A DNA stretch of 63,310 nucleotides, counting the filler, from Saprolegnia diclina VS20 (taxonomy: Eukaryota), in the NCBI RefSeq assembly GCF_000281045.1. It is 5 parts of 4 records of this genome, joined end to end, with 100 filler letters (N's around TTAATTAATTAA, not from the genome) between each part and the next. Parts side by side here need not be neighbours in the genome. Positions count along the whole stretch, not along the records: positions 1 to 29,315 come from NW_008246072.1; 4 more parts are not named here. One strand, written 5' to 3'. The position numbers and the translations under genes were made by a program. The stretch's first letter is position 1, and every line of letters starts with the position of its first letter. Positions 1-12,291 of this stretch are shown one piece after another. The notes beneath the pieces were generated by a model. That model was given only the letters and a program-made list of their open reading frames with translations, had not been told where the DNA came from and searched no databases.

Positions 1-3000
1 GAGACTGGAAATTCTCTCAACAGCGCGGCGCTGTTGGTGCTGGCTCCAGCGACCGAGCCTCTCGTTACGGACAACGCCGTTGCCAGCGCTACAATACCCG
101 ACGTACCAGCAATGGAACGCCATGTGGGGCTCGACGCTCGTGGCAGCACCGATGCAGAAGTGCTGGCAGTAAGCACGTCGCCATCACCGTCGAGCACAAC
201 TTTTGAGAAGCCCAGCACGTCCGCAGAAGCGCCAACTGTTGGGATGGATGGTGCTTCACAACACGAGCAGCAACAGATGCGACCACCGGACGACAACCCG
301 ATGGAGACGACTGCAATCGAGACGGCAGTGCCTGCAGACATCGCCCACGACGACCGCGCAAGTGATGTATACACGCCGCTGGGCACCGACGATGGCAGTG
401 TCCGAAGCACCGACGACACTGTGCAAGCGACGCCTTCGAGCGAGCCTTCAAACACTGCCAAGCAGGCCGTGACAGATCCCGTGCACGCAGCCACCGACGT
501 GGCGCCGCCTCAACCTTCAACTGAAGACGCTCTGGCTCGCACTGTCGTCTCGCCGTCGCGCACCGACGACGGAACCAACGTCATCAACACGGACGCCGCT
601 GCGATACGGTCGACACCAGTGGCTGACGACCACTCGCGCCGAAACTCGATCGAAGAACTTGTTGCCAGTGCTTCCAAGACGTCATTTGCACGGTCGCTCG
701 ATGCTTGGGGTGCGGGCGAGCCCAACGATGTCGACGCACCAGAGGAGTTTGTGAACCCGCCGCCGCTCGATGACGCCGTCGACGATGACTCACCCCCGTC
801 GATTGCGTTGCCTGGGACCCCCGTGTCCACCGACGGCTCGGCGCCTCCGTCAGGTAGCATCGAAGACGAGTTGCCGTCGGATTCGCAGGACGTCGACGCC
901 ACCGCCATTGCCACTGACACTGAAGAAGCCCCGATAGCCTTGGCGGTCGGTTCTGGTAGCTCGTCCATGGGATCGTCGTCAACACCCGAGATGCCGCCGG
1001 TGTCACCGATGGACTCGAACAATGGCGCCATGGACGACGATGCCTATGATGAGACCTTTGAAGTGGAAAGTACGCGGGATCTTCTCGCTACGCTGACACC
1101 ACCGTTGGCCGCTGATGCGACGGAGTTATCTCCGGGAGCAGCGACCTCGCCGCTTGGTCCAAGCACTTTACGTGACGACAACGTTTCGGATGAGTACGCG
1201 GACGACGCTAGCATTGACATTGCCGTTCCTCCGTCACTGTCGACCGAGGCTACTGTAGCGTCTGTCGTCGCAGTGCAAGCGGCGTCCACGGACGATGACA
1301 GTTTAAGCGACCCCAAGGATGCTGGGGAGATGAGCGCAGCCGCACCGCGGTCAGAGACGCCAGTCGTTGCAGCTGATGCACGAGACGATGACGACGACCA
1401 AGCTGCAACCCAGTCTTTCGACGAGCCTGCTTCAGCAGAACCACCTCACCCGCCATTGGCGGCTCCCGAAAGCGCGATCACCGAGATGCAAAACGAAGCG
1501 CCATCGGTTGTACAAGCGGCGAATTCCAAGCTCGTTGCAGCCGCCATGAGTGACTTGAGTACGCCAACGACCTCTCGCGCTGCGGAAGCATTGCCGCCAT
1601 CAGACGGTGGAAACAACCATAACGAGCCATTCGAGACTGGCCAAAGCACGCAGCATCTGGTCACCCCTCCGACGACAGAGACACCGATGTCAATGGACGC
1701 GGCCGTTGTGTCCGTGGCGACGGACGATGCCGCCGAGCCTGCAGCCAGCGAAGCGACGACGTTCGTGCCTCAGGAAGCTGCAGTGTTGGACGACAGCGGG
1801 CAGCTTTCGACTTTGCTTTTGGTGCCCGCCGCGCTCGACCAGGAGGACGACACCACAAGCAGCAACGACAATGTACCAGCGACCGACGTGGAGATTGGCG
1901 CCATCACCCCCATGTCGTCCGATGTGCCCATGGAGATGCTAGATCCGGTACCTGCCAGTGCGGTCGAGGCTGCCGACACGCTGTTGATCGAGTCGGTGCA
2001 CGTGGACGATGCCGCGTCAGAGACGGATGGTGACGAGGAAGGCGCTGGAAATGACGACGACGGCGACGCAGCCGACGACCATACCATTTTGGCGACGGTG
2101 GAGAGCCTCGAAGCGACTGCAGGCAACAATAGTCGCCGCGGAAGCTTTGTGGACGCCTACATGGACGAATTCAAGCTCGACGAGGAGGACGCCGACGACG
2201 AGGACAATACAGATTTGGGTGCGAGTTTTTACGAAGATGGGTTTGATGACGACGGCGCGTCCTTGCCTGCCGTCACCCAGACGCTCGACGCTTCCAACAA
2301 TGGTGTGCTGGCGGCGGACAATGTACTACTCGCACCCGAAATGCTGGACAAGAACACGCTCGAGCCTCACATGGCTGCAGCAACGGACACGGCGTCGTCG
2401 CCAGAAAAAACTCCGTCCGAAGACGTCCTCCAAGAGCTTACAGCACTGGAAACGATGCCAGAACCAATGTCGTTGACGGCAGTGACGTCGCCACCGAGTC
2501 CAATTGGGAATGCAGCGCATCTCTCTGCACCTTCCGAGGTGAACAACCAGCTTGCGGCGGGCGTCCTGGCTCGCAACGTATCTTCGATGGTAGCCACCTC
2601 CTCTCGGGGTGCATCCCCGACACCAACGGCGCCAGAACGCCCGACGGCAACACCACCGCAAGCAATCTCACCGACGCCGACGACAGTGCAGCCGACTAGC
2701 AAGCGCGTCGTGGTACCCGCCACAACTACATCGTCCGTTGAAGACTCGATCTTTCACCCGATGACAACCCCACGGACAACAACGCCCCGGGTCGCTACGG
2801 CGCCGTCGTCCGAGCCACGGCAACACCCAACGCCGGCCAAATCCAGCTCAGTTGCTCGTGCACCTTTGAGCACGGCTGTATCGGTCAGCGCGGCGCAGAC
2901 GCCGAAGCGCTCTCCGGCGATGCCTGCTGCGACCGCGACGACGCCAAAACCAACCATCAGCAAACTTCGGCAGCGGCTACCGCCCAAGAAAGCACCGGCA

Positions 3001-3836
3001 GAGGTCGAAACACCGCGGCCACCGCCACGTCCGTCGGTGCCACGTCAGACCAAACCACCGCGAATCCAAGTCGAGACACCGCGGCGCGAATCGCGAGCGC
3101 CCTCGATCTCACCACGCGTCGATGCGATTGCGTTCGACTCGCCGGAGAAGAACTACCGTCCGTGGCGCCAAGACACGGCGGCACCCAAGTCGCCCAAAAA
3201 GAAAACGGCACCGGTAGGACCAATGAAGACAACTTGTCTGTCAAAAATGATATGTATCATCTGTAGGTGGTCGTGAAAAGCCCGGAAAAGTTCCATTTCG
3301 AGCCCAAGGTCGACAAAGTCAAGGAAGAGTGGCTGCTGCTCAACATGTTTCGTCAAGGCGACGTGTCGCAGTACGCTTCGTTTTGCCACGTCCCCAAGCC
3401 CAGCGTCGACCGACCGACGTCGGCCGAGGACCTGCGCGTGCCCAGCTCGTTTCAGACGAGCACGCGTCGACTCGTCGCGCCAAAGAAGGCGGCCGAGCGC
3501 CACGGCCTCTTGGCCCGCGAACGCAACTGGGTCGACGTCCCAAATGGCAAGATCCCGCGCTACGATGCGATATTGGACAAATATTGCCATACGATCACGA
3601 GCCCGTCGGTGCAAAAGCAGATCTACAGCGCGGTCGACCTCTCGCCCCAACTCGCGTACGTGCTCGAGAAGCGCGTGCAGCAACAGCGCGACGCCGAACT
3701 CGCATTTCTGGACGCCAAGCCGGCGCCGCCCAAGCTGCGGCCGACACGGCCAACGAAACCATCGACCTCCAGCGCCAAGCTCGCGAGCACACAGAGCATT
3801 GTGTCGCTCAGGTTTACAAATTTGTACTCGGGCTAA
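1..3836 (+). CDS. Large acidic, Pro/Thr/Ser-rich low-complexity hypothetical protein with an ordered C-terminal region (5' end outside the window)
   Basis: Long ORF 34-3276 is joined to ORF 3267-3836 by intron 3214-3266 (GTAGGA..CTGTAG); no recognisable domain. Confidence 0.75.
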
Positions 3837-4215
3837 GTACAATCCATCGTATTATCTACTATTTCACTATATTCACTACATTTGAGCCGACTTGATCGAC
3901 GCTGGCCTGGTCCATTTGCCAAGACGTCGCTCAGTCGCGGGCTCGAGACGATGGTGGGTCGTGGCGTCTTGGTGGTGCTGGATATCAAGAGCTAGTGTAG
4001 TACTACTACTAACTAAATTACTTTCGTGGGTATACTCACTGTATATACTAACTAGTACAAATACAGCTCGATCAAGACGATACTTGGCGTAGCTCACAGC
4101 TTGCGCTCACAGCAACGAAAGAGCAAAGTGGTCATCCGGAATTCCGTGCGGTTCCTTATCCGGATGATTGCATCAGCATCCGGTGAGCACAAAATCGCTT
4201 CGACGTGCAAGGCCA

Positions 4216-5487
4216 ATGGCGGCAAAGTCGGCGGGCTGATGCGACTAAGATCTCATTCGTATCTTCTGGCGTAGAGCAGCGTCCAAGCTCATCTTGTCGG
4301 GCATCCAGCCGACGGGCGTGCCGCACCTCGGCAACTACTGCGGCGCGGTCTCGAAATGGGTCGAGCTTCAGAACCACACGCAGGCGCCGCGGACGTCGCA
4401 GCTCTACATGACGGTCGATTTACACGCGATCACGATGCCGTACGACGCCACGCAGCTGCAGCGCAACATTCGCGACCTCGGCGCGTCGCTCCTCGGTTGC
4501 GGTCTCGACCCGACCAAGTGCGTGCTCTTCAAGCAGTCGGACATTACGCAGCACGCGGAGCTCGCGTGGCTGCTGAGCTGCGTCACGCCGCTCTCGTGGC
4601 TCCACCGCATGACGCAGTTCAAGCAGAAGAGCCAGCAGAAGGACCAAAACAACGTGTCGCTCGGGTATACATTGTTGAGAATTTTGAAATGACCATCTCG
4701 ACGACGGTTAAATTAGACTGCTGTCGTATCCCGTGCTCATGGCCGCGGACGTCCTCCTCTACAAGGCCACGCACGTGCCTGTGGGGGACGACCAGCAGCA
4801 GCACCTCGAGCTCGCGCGCATGGTGGCGACGACCTTCAACGACCGCTTCAAGCAGCCGGTGTTTCCCAAGCCAATTCCTGTCCGCGAAGACCCAACCGAC
4901 CAGCTCGTGCGCATCATGAGTCTCAAGGAGCCGACCAAGAAGATGAGCAAGTCGGACCCGGCGGTCGGTAGCCGCATCGACCTCACAGGTACTGCAGTTC
5001 ACAGACTGCAAAAGTATCAACTTGATACAACCCAGACGGGCCCGACGTGATTCTCAAGAAGATCCGCAAGGCCCAGACGGACGCGATCGACGGTATCTTC
5101 TACGACAAGGACGGTCGACCAGGCGTCTCGAACCTCATGTCCATTCTGAGCGTCGTCTCGGACAAGTCAATCGAGGACATTCAGCGCGACTATGGCGTAC
5201 GTCCAAGTCGGATACATGGGATTGTGATGCATGCTGCTGCCTTCTAGTCGTACCAAACGGGCCAGTTCAAGAACGTCGTCGCCGAGGCTGTCGTTGAAAA
5301 GTACAGACAGAGAGTCGGACGTCTGCTCACGCAACCTGGTAGGATATCCCCGATTGGCGCTCGAATCGCGCACTTCCAGCAAGACCCTGCGTATGTGGAT
5401 GCAGTGTTCGCCGACGGGCGAGATGCGGCGGCCACGATCGCGTCGTCCACCATGGCCGAGGTCAAGACGGCCATGGGGCTGGCGTAG
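4216..5487 (+). CDS. WARS2: Tryptophanyl-tRNA synthetase, bacterial/mitochondrial type
   Basis: Motifs [39 protein letters not shown] and KMSKS across several exons. Confidence 0.93.
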
Positions 5488-5592
5488 ACCAACTTAGAAA
5501 GGCGAGCGATCGAGGGTAGCATCCTCCTGTATTGCTAATGGTACGAGTATAGCCTTGGGGTGCGTCTAGTCGGCGGATGGAGTGGCATGGTC

Positions 5593-6144
5593 TTACCACC
5601 AGCGGCCTGTGGCGGCGACTTGGTGCTGCTGCTGGCGCGCGACCTCGGCCTGCTCGTGCTTGTAGAGCGTGAGCTTGGCCGTCGCGTCGTCGACTTGCTG
5701 CTTGAGCACCGAGATCTCGTCTTGCATGCTCGCCATGAGATGCTCGAGGTTCCGGAACCGCATCTCGATCTGCTGGAGGCGCTGGAACTCGCGCTCGTTG
5801 GCCTTGAGCTCCTTCGCCTTGGCGCTGCGGCTGCTGCGGTCGTACTCGTACCACGCAACGATCACCGCGACCGAGAAGATGAGCGTCTCGCCGAGGAACT
5901 CGGAGCCCTTGTCGACGGCCTGGTCGGCCGGCAGCTCCTTGATCTGAATCGTCTTCCAGTGGATCTGGCCCTGCATGCTCATCTGTATCCGGACCCCGAT
6001 CGCATGCTGGTGCTGGCCGACGCTGCGGCAGACCGAGTTGAGCCACGGCTTGGTCTTGGCGCTCTGCTTGAGCTGCTTGGCCACGGGCTTGGTCAGCGTC
6101 CGCAGGAGGAGGCCGCCGACCTTGAAGAGCGGGATCGCGACCAT
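5593..6144 (-). CDS. OPA3: OPA3-like mitochondrial protein
   Basis: N-terminus PLFKVGGLLLRTLTKPVAKQLK, then AVDKGSEFLGETLIFSVA..YEYDRS and a coiled coil. Confidence 0.88.
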   Translation of the reverse strand: MVAIPLFKVGGLLLRTLTKPVAKQLKQSAKTKPWLNSVCRSVGQHQHAIGVRIQMSMQGQIHWKTIQIKELPADQAVDKGSEFLGETLIFSVAVIVAWYEYDRSSRSAKAKELKANEREFQRLQQIEMRFRNLEHLMASMQDEISVLKQQVDDATAKLTLYKHEQAEVARQQQHQVAATGRWW

Positions 6145-7553
6145 GGCAGTCAGAGATTCTGTGGGCGACGCCAGCCAGGTACTGCCACAATTTATACTTA
6201 TCACAATCCTACACATATTATTTTCCACAGTATATGAATTATAAGAGGTTTTACCCGCAGGTTGCAGTTTGCTGGGAGGCGACTCGAGCGCTCGCAGGCG
6301 GCCATATATGTCGGTTCGGATGCAGCTGACGTCGCAAGCGTTTAGTCGGCCACGACAGTCGCATTACGCGAGGAAAAATATATATTGTTCCCATAGGAAT
6401 GGCGGGATTCGCACTGCGTTCGGGCGCTAATTTGGAGGTCGGCGTCAATGATACCTCCTAGCAATTTCGGCACCTCTGGTGTCGTCGTCGTTGCCCTGTC
6501 CAGATCATCGCACACAAAATGTACCGCCCATGACGACGCCGAACGTTGAACGGACGACCACGGCGGTTGTGCTCATGAGGTGACGTGGTTGTTGGCGGCT
6601 TGAGTTCCCTTTCGGCGGTCGGTTCATGGTTGATATGTCTGCATGGACCAGTGCGCGATCGAAGTACCACTGACATACTTCGGAAATGCACCTTCTTTGG
6701 CAGTTGGAAACGTCAAATGATCACTTTTTGTCAACCAACCAAATCGACGAATGATCGCAACTCGGTGCAGTGTGCCTAAGTCCTCTGCGGCCCAACACAG
6801 GCTGGTAGCGAGAAGACCTTCGCTCCATTCTTGTTGGTCCACGAACTCGAGAAGCTGCGAGTGCTGCAGTGTCACATTTTTGTAGCCCTCTCCACAGCCA
6901 GACTTCAAAATATTACAACCAAGATCTCAGTCGAGCTCGAGTCGGCGCTATTTCCTTGGATGTGCATCTTGAAAGGCTGCAGTTATCTCTGCCGCATATC
7001 GCTTCATCAACACTATATCCAAGGCTCACAGGTGTGGCAACTCATTTTTCCTGAAGAGACAGCGTCTCCGCGCCGAATCTTGCCGCCGCCTATCTGCGCA
7101 GCCACGCCGTTGCCATTGATAGAGTGTGACCATCTTGCACGATTTCCAACTGACGCAGTGTCTACTAATCGAAAGCACCTCCAGCTCACAAATACCTGAC
7201 GAGCGGCGTACGCATGTAGCAGCGTGCGCGATGGAAGAGCTCTCAACGTAGTCGACTGGTGGAAGCAAGAGGGTCAACTGCAAGTGGCATGGGCGTCGAC
7301 AAGCTTGGCCATCTCATATGCTCTGTAGAAAGTTCTACAACGCTGAGATGAGGGCAACACGATCAACGCGGGACTTGCGAGCACACGTGCACGTCCGACG
7401 CGCGTTGTGTTCGGTTGTCAAACTTCGTCGAAGCTGGGACGTGCCGTCAGAAAGGCCAGCAGATGGCAGCCGTCGTCAAGGAGCCCATTTACCGCCCAGC
7501 CCCATCCATCAGCAGCAAGCAAGGTAGTTGTCGTCATCGATCATCCTTGCGCA

Positions 7554-9410
7554 ATGGCTACGGGTACGACGAGCGGTGGCAGCGTCGCCAACGCTGCAGC
7601 GCGCTACCCGCGCATTGAGTTCACGCAGGACGTCTACGAAAAGCACTTGGCCAACATGGAGCGCATCATGGGGCTCGCGCTGCGCGGCCACGTCGGCTGG
7701 GACCGGTCGTCCGCAACGCCCACGAACGGCTGGGACGCCGTCACCGACAAGTTGGGCTGGCAGCTCTTTGAGCACAAGCCGCGCGACCGGCCGACGTCGT
7801 TCGAGATGCACGAATACCTCGCCGTCGGGAGCCTCAAGACGTCGATATCGGCGCTGCAAGAGGCCTTTTACGTCAAGAACACGCACGACCTCCGCGCGCT
7901 CTCCGGTGTGCTCTACGAAGACGCGCTCCTCGACGCTGCATTGCTCAACCTCACGCACCGCCGGACACCCGAGGACCCAGGTCAGTTTTTCGGAGTCAAG
8001 TACCTCAAGCTCGCGGTGCAGGTCGCCAACCAAGAAGACATGGACCAAGAGTACATCTACCTCGAGGTCTCGCGCTTCGTACAAGGCATGGACTTTATAC
8101 GTTCGGATAGTTTGCCGGCACACGTCTCGATGCCCAAGGCCGTGTGACGTACGTGGTCATCACGGACCCGGTCGCTGTCCGGCCGCTCGAGCACAGCCGG
8201 TCGTCCTTGACGTTTGGCGAGCGCTGCTCGACCGTCAAGCTCTCCCGCGAGAGCACGAACGGAACCGTCGACGTGGTCGTGCGGGCCAAGTTGCAGTCGT
8301 CGCGCGGTACGACGTTTGAGTTTGCCGTTTGAGTTTGCCTTTTCGACCGCCAATACTGTAGGTCCCCCCGCGGCAAGTCGCAGCCAAAGCCAAATGGCAG
8401 GACATTATGGCGTCAACAACGCGGCCCAGCAGTGCACGGCAGCGCACCTTGTCTACTGGAAGGCGATGGGCGTCTTTGTGCCCGGCGGTCTCGTCAAGGA
8501 CCTCACGAGGCTCCCAAAGGAAACAAGCGCGCCCGAAGCCCGACGACTGACCACAGGACCTTTTTCTCTCAGTTGGAACCACGCAAGGTGCGACGAGATC
8601 TCAGAACTCACTGTCTGATCGCTCTGCATAGCAAGTCGTGCGTCGTGTGCAGCAAAGGCTTCAACCTGCTACGGCGAAAGCACCACTGTCGGCGGTGCGG
8701 CGAGGTGCTTCGTACGCTCACCACTCTTCCTAAATCGCGTATGCGCTAGGCGGTGTGCAAGGGCTGCACCGTCGCGCTCTACTGTGTCGACCGACCGACC
8801 AAATCGGCGAGCTCGAGCGCGCTCGCCAGAGAGAAATTCTGCAAAACGTGTTTTGTCGCGGCCAAGATCGACGCCAGTCGGCCGACGCCGCCCAAGCCCG
8901 AGCGTTCGACGACACAAACGACGCACACCATCGTGCTCGACCATGACGACGCGAGCTCTGGCTCTGGCTCACTCCCGTACCGCGATGTCGTGCATGTCCA
9001 CAGCCCCGGTCGCGACGAGCGTGGCAAATGTACGTTGTTGTGCCGCGTCCTTTCTCTGAGATGCGTGTGTTGTGCTAGTGTTCTTCTACGCCGACACGTC
9101 GTCGTCGCAGAGCGAGTCCCGACCCAACTCGCTGCACTCGGACCCACTGCGCACGAGTTTCCATACGATGGTGCTTCACGATGGGTCGGCGCCACCGCCG
9201 CTGCAGCGGTCGGGCTCGATCGAGTCGAATGCGAGCGTCTCGTCGTCCGTGTTTGACATGATGAACGCGGCGCGCATGCCGCGTGGCCGACCGCCGGCAG
9301 CCTTCCACCAGCTTCCGCGACCAGACATAGCGGACGATAAGGACGATGACGATGACGATGACAACGAGTGTGGCAACCAAGGCCACACTGTGCTCCGACA
9401 TTTGTACTAA
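7554..9410 (+). CDS. FYVE zinc-finger protein with N-terminal START-like region
   Basis: Spliced CVVCSKGFNLLRRKHHCRRCGE|AVCKGC (RKHHCR FYVE signature); upstream region resembles oomycete START-like domains. Confidence 0.85.
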
Positions 9411-9524
9411 GATTGGGTTTCTTATTGTGGTCTTGCTTGACATACATATATCAAGTGTATGACGTGGCACGACTCGAGTGGCTATTTTTAGCAAAACGCA
9501 AAACAGATTTTTGGACGATGGACC

Positions 9525-12160
9525 ATGCCCAATGCTGGCCTTCTCGTCGAGCACACGGAGCGCTTGCGCGCGCTTGGCACCGCCTCTTCTGTTAACGAGA
9601 CGCGTGTGGATGTGTCCCTCGACGACGTGCTCAGCGCAGTACTCAAGAGTCTCGTGGCGGTCGTCCCGTCGCAGTCGGCCTCGGTCTTTATCTATGACAA
9701 GCGCAGCCGCATGCTGCAACTCGCGGCCGTGCACAACGTCAAACGACCGCTCAATGGCACCTTCTCGACGGCCATGGGCCTCGTCGGGCGGTGCTTCTCG
9801 CGCAAAGCAACGATCAACATTTGTCGCCCCGATGCAGTCTCGACCTCTCTCCTTCTTGTACGTGGTGACTCATGCAGCGTCATCGACGATAGGACCCGCT
9901 TTACGATGCCAAAGTCGATGGCAAGATGCATGCGTCGGCCGAAAACATGCTTTGCCTCCCGTTGCAGCGGGAGATTCACCGCGCCATTGGCGTTGTGCAG
10001 GTATGCTCGCGCATGCGCTTGGCAACAGCCGATCGATGTATCGTGCAGATGGTGAATCGCATCACTCCAAAGTCTGCACACGGGACTGCCGTTTTGCTTG
10101 AGGAGCGTTCATCGAGCGATTTGGGCGTGACCACTCCCAATATGTACAGAGCGTCCGAGGTCGAGTCGCTGGGCACCCTCCTGCAGCTCATTGCGGTACA
10201 TTTCCTCCCATAAATAAACACCAAGTGAGTAAACGTGTGTAGCCGACGATCGATGCGGCGTGGCATGCCAAGCTCGCGACCGAGTCGACGACGCAACAGC
10301 ACCAAGACAGCGTATGGCGTCTCGTACAGTTTATCTGCAAACGCAAACAATTCTAGGCCATGGACCTCTTGAACCTGCTCAACTCCAAGCTCACAGGCGA
10401 AAAGGTCGACTTTTCTACAAAGCTGCGTACGATCGAGGACGACCCTGTCACGCTTGATGAGCCGATCAAAATGCCCGAGCCGCCGCGCCCGTCGCCGACG
10501 CGCAAGTCGATGCGCAACCGCATTCGCCAATCGATTCTGCGCATTCCACGCCCCCCTGTCTACACGATCCGACAAGTCAAGGTGACATACCCACACCAAC
10601 GCCTCCCATGCCAAACGCCTTCGCGTAGGCAGCGACGCGCATCCAGGCAGGGTGCCGCGGCTGGCAGATCCGGCGGCTGCACTACTTGGCGGTGCTGCGA
10701 CAGGAGCGCGACGCAGCGGCGCTCTTTCGAAGCGACATGGCCATCGTGCTCCAAGCCGTTGCTCGCCGGTTCCTTGCTCGCTTGTACGCGGTCGCCCTCC
10801 GTCGCGCCTACGACCTCATGGCCCGCGCCATGTGGCAGTACCTCGTGCGGCTGCGGGGTACAACCTCTCACCTCCTCCTCACATGATATGGCATGCGACT
10901 GGAGCATAGAGCGCAGCGACTCCACCAAGCGGACAGTCTCGCCCAAGATCAAGTACACGTGGGTGCGCGCGGCGTCCAAGCTCGCGCAGTTAAGGACGCG
11001 CGCGCCGTCGCCTGACCGACTCTCGAGCATACAAAAGATTATGAAAAAGCACAAGCGCCACGACCACGCGCTCGCGAACCCTAGCCGCATGCACGCTGTC
11101 TTTTCCAAGTTGCAGGTCGACCGCCCATGCGATGTACTAACTCGCTAAAGCGAATGTAGGCGCGCTACCGCGGGTTCGCGGTGCGTCAAAAAGTTCAGCA
11201 CGCACAGAGTAGCCAGCGTGACGTGGCAACGCCTGCGATCGTTCGTTTGGTACGCATCCTCTTCGTCACACCCAACGCACCCCAACGACAACGTAGCGCG
11301 CCAACAACAACAGCGACCACCGACCCGTGTACAAGTACCCGTCGTCGACCCATGTTGGGCGGCTGCAGTATGTGAGCTTGCACCGGAGCCAAGGACGGGC
11401 GAGTGCACTGCAGCAGTTCTTTGACACGGCGCGAGGCCAAATGGCCTCACCGCGACGACCCCTACAGAACCAAGACGACCTTGCAGTCACCACGGCTGCG
11501 TCGCTCGCGTCGCGACGCCTGATCACCGCCATCGATCGTCCGGCCACGACACCGAGCCCGGTGCCAAGCAAGCCACTACTGCCGCCCATGTCGAGTGGCC
11601 GTTCGACGTCGTCTCGGCGCCCTGTCCCTCGACCCAAGCCGCGCTACCACCTTGATATGCGCCACGTGTACGCCCTGCGCGACAAGCAGATAATTGTGAC
11701 CGTCCCGACAGCCATATACGATCGCAACGACGAGCGCTGCTACCCCACATACCGCAAAACGGCCTTTGAAGACGCTCTTGGTGTCGCGCCGAGTCGGCGA
11801 CCACACGTCGGGCGCGTGCTCCGGGAACCACAACCGCCGCTGTTTGCATCGCTCGTCTCGAACCCCAAGCACCACCGCGACGAAGCTACCCGCCGAGCAC
11901 TCCACGAGCTCCAGACACGCCAGCAAGCGAGAAAGGACGTGCAACAGCAACGGCAATCACCGACAAAGCTGTACGACGCCCTTCGCATTGGGCAAGACGA
12001 CGACGCTAATCAGTGTGAAACGCGAGACGACCTGCACGAGGTGGCGGCCGTGTGTCGACGGCTGTCCATGCAACACAGCGTCAAGCTCCACCTCGGCGCC
12101 TTGCGGCAGCGGGCTGGCACGGAGCGACACATTGCCTTTGCGCCCAGCGCCATTCTGTAG
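9525..12160 (+). CDS. GAF-domain protein with IQ-like motif
   Basis: ASVFIYD..LQL, GLVGRCF, NMLCLPL..IGVVQ (GAF); LQ|ARYRGFAVRQK (IQ-like); multi-exon. Confidence 0.7.
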
Positions 12161-12291
12161 CGCCACGTCATGGGCAATCTTGGCTCGAATCATGTGTCCA
12201 AACATTATCGTGGTCAACTACGCGTACGCTACTGGTTCTTGTCTTGTTTGTTATCCTTTCGTAAAATCATCCTACGTCGTATTGCTACGTC

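Noticed and set aside
6250..7500. ORFs in the OPA3-FYVE intergenic region
   Set aside because: Lack the codon bias of true genes here; no homology recognised
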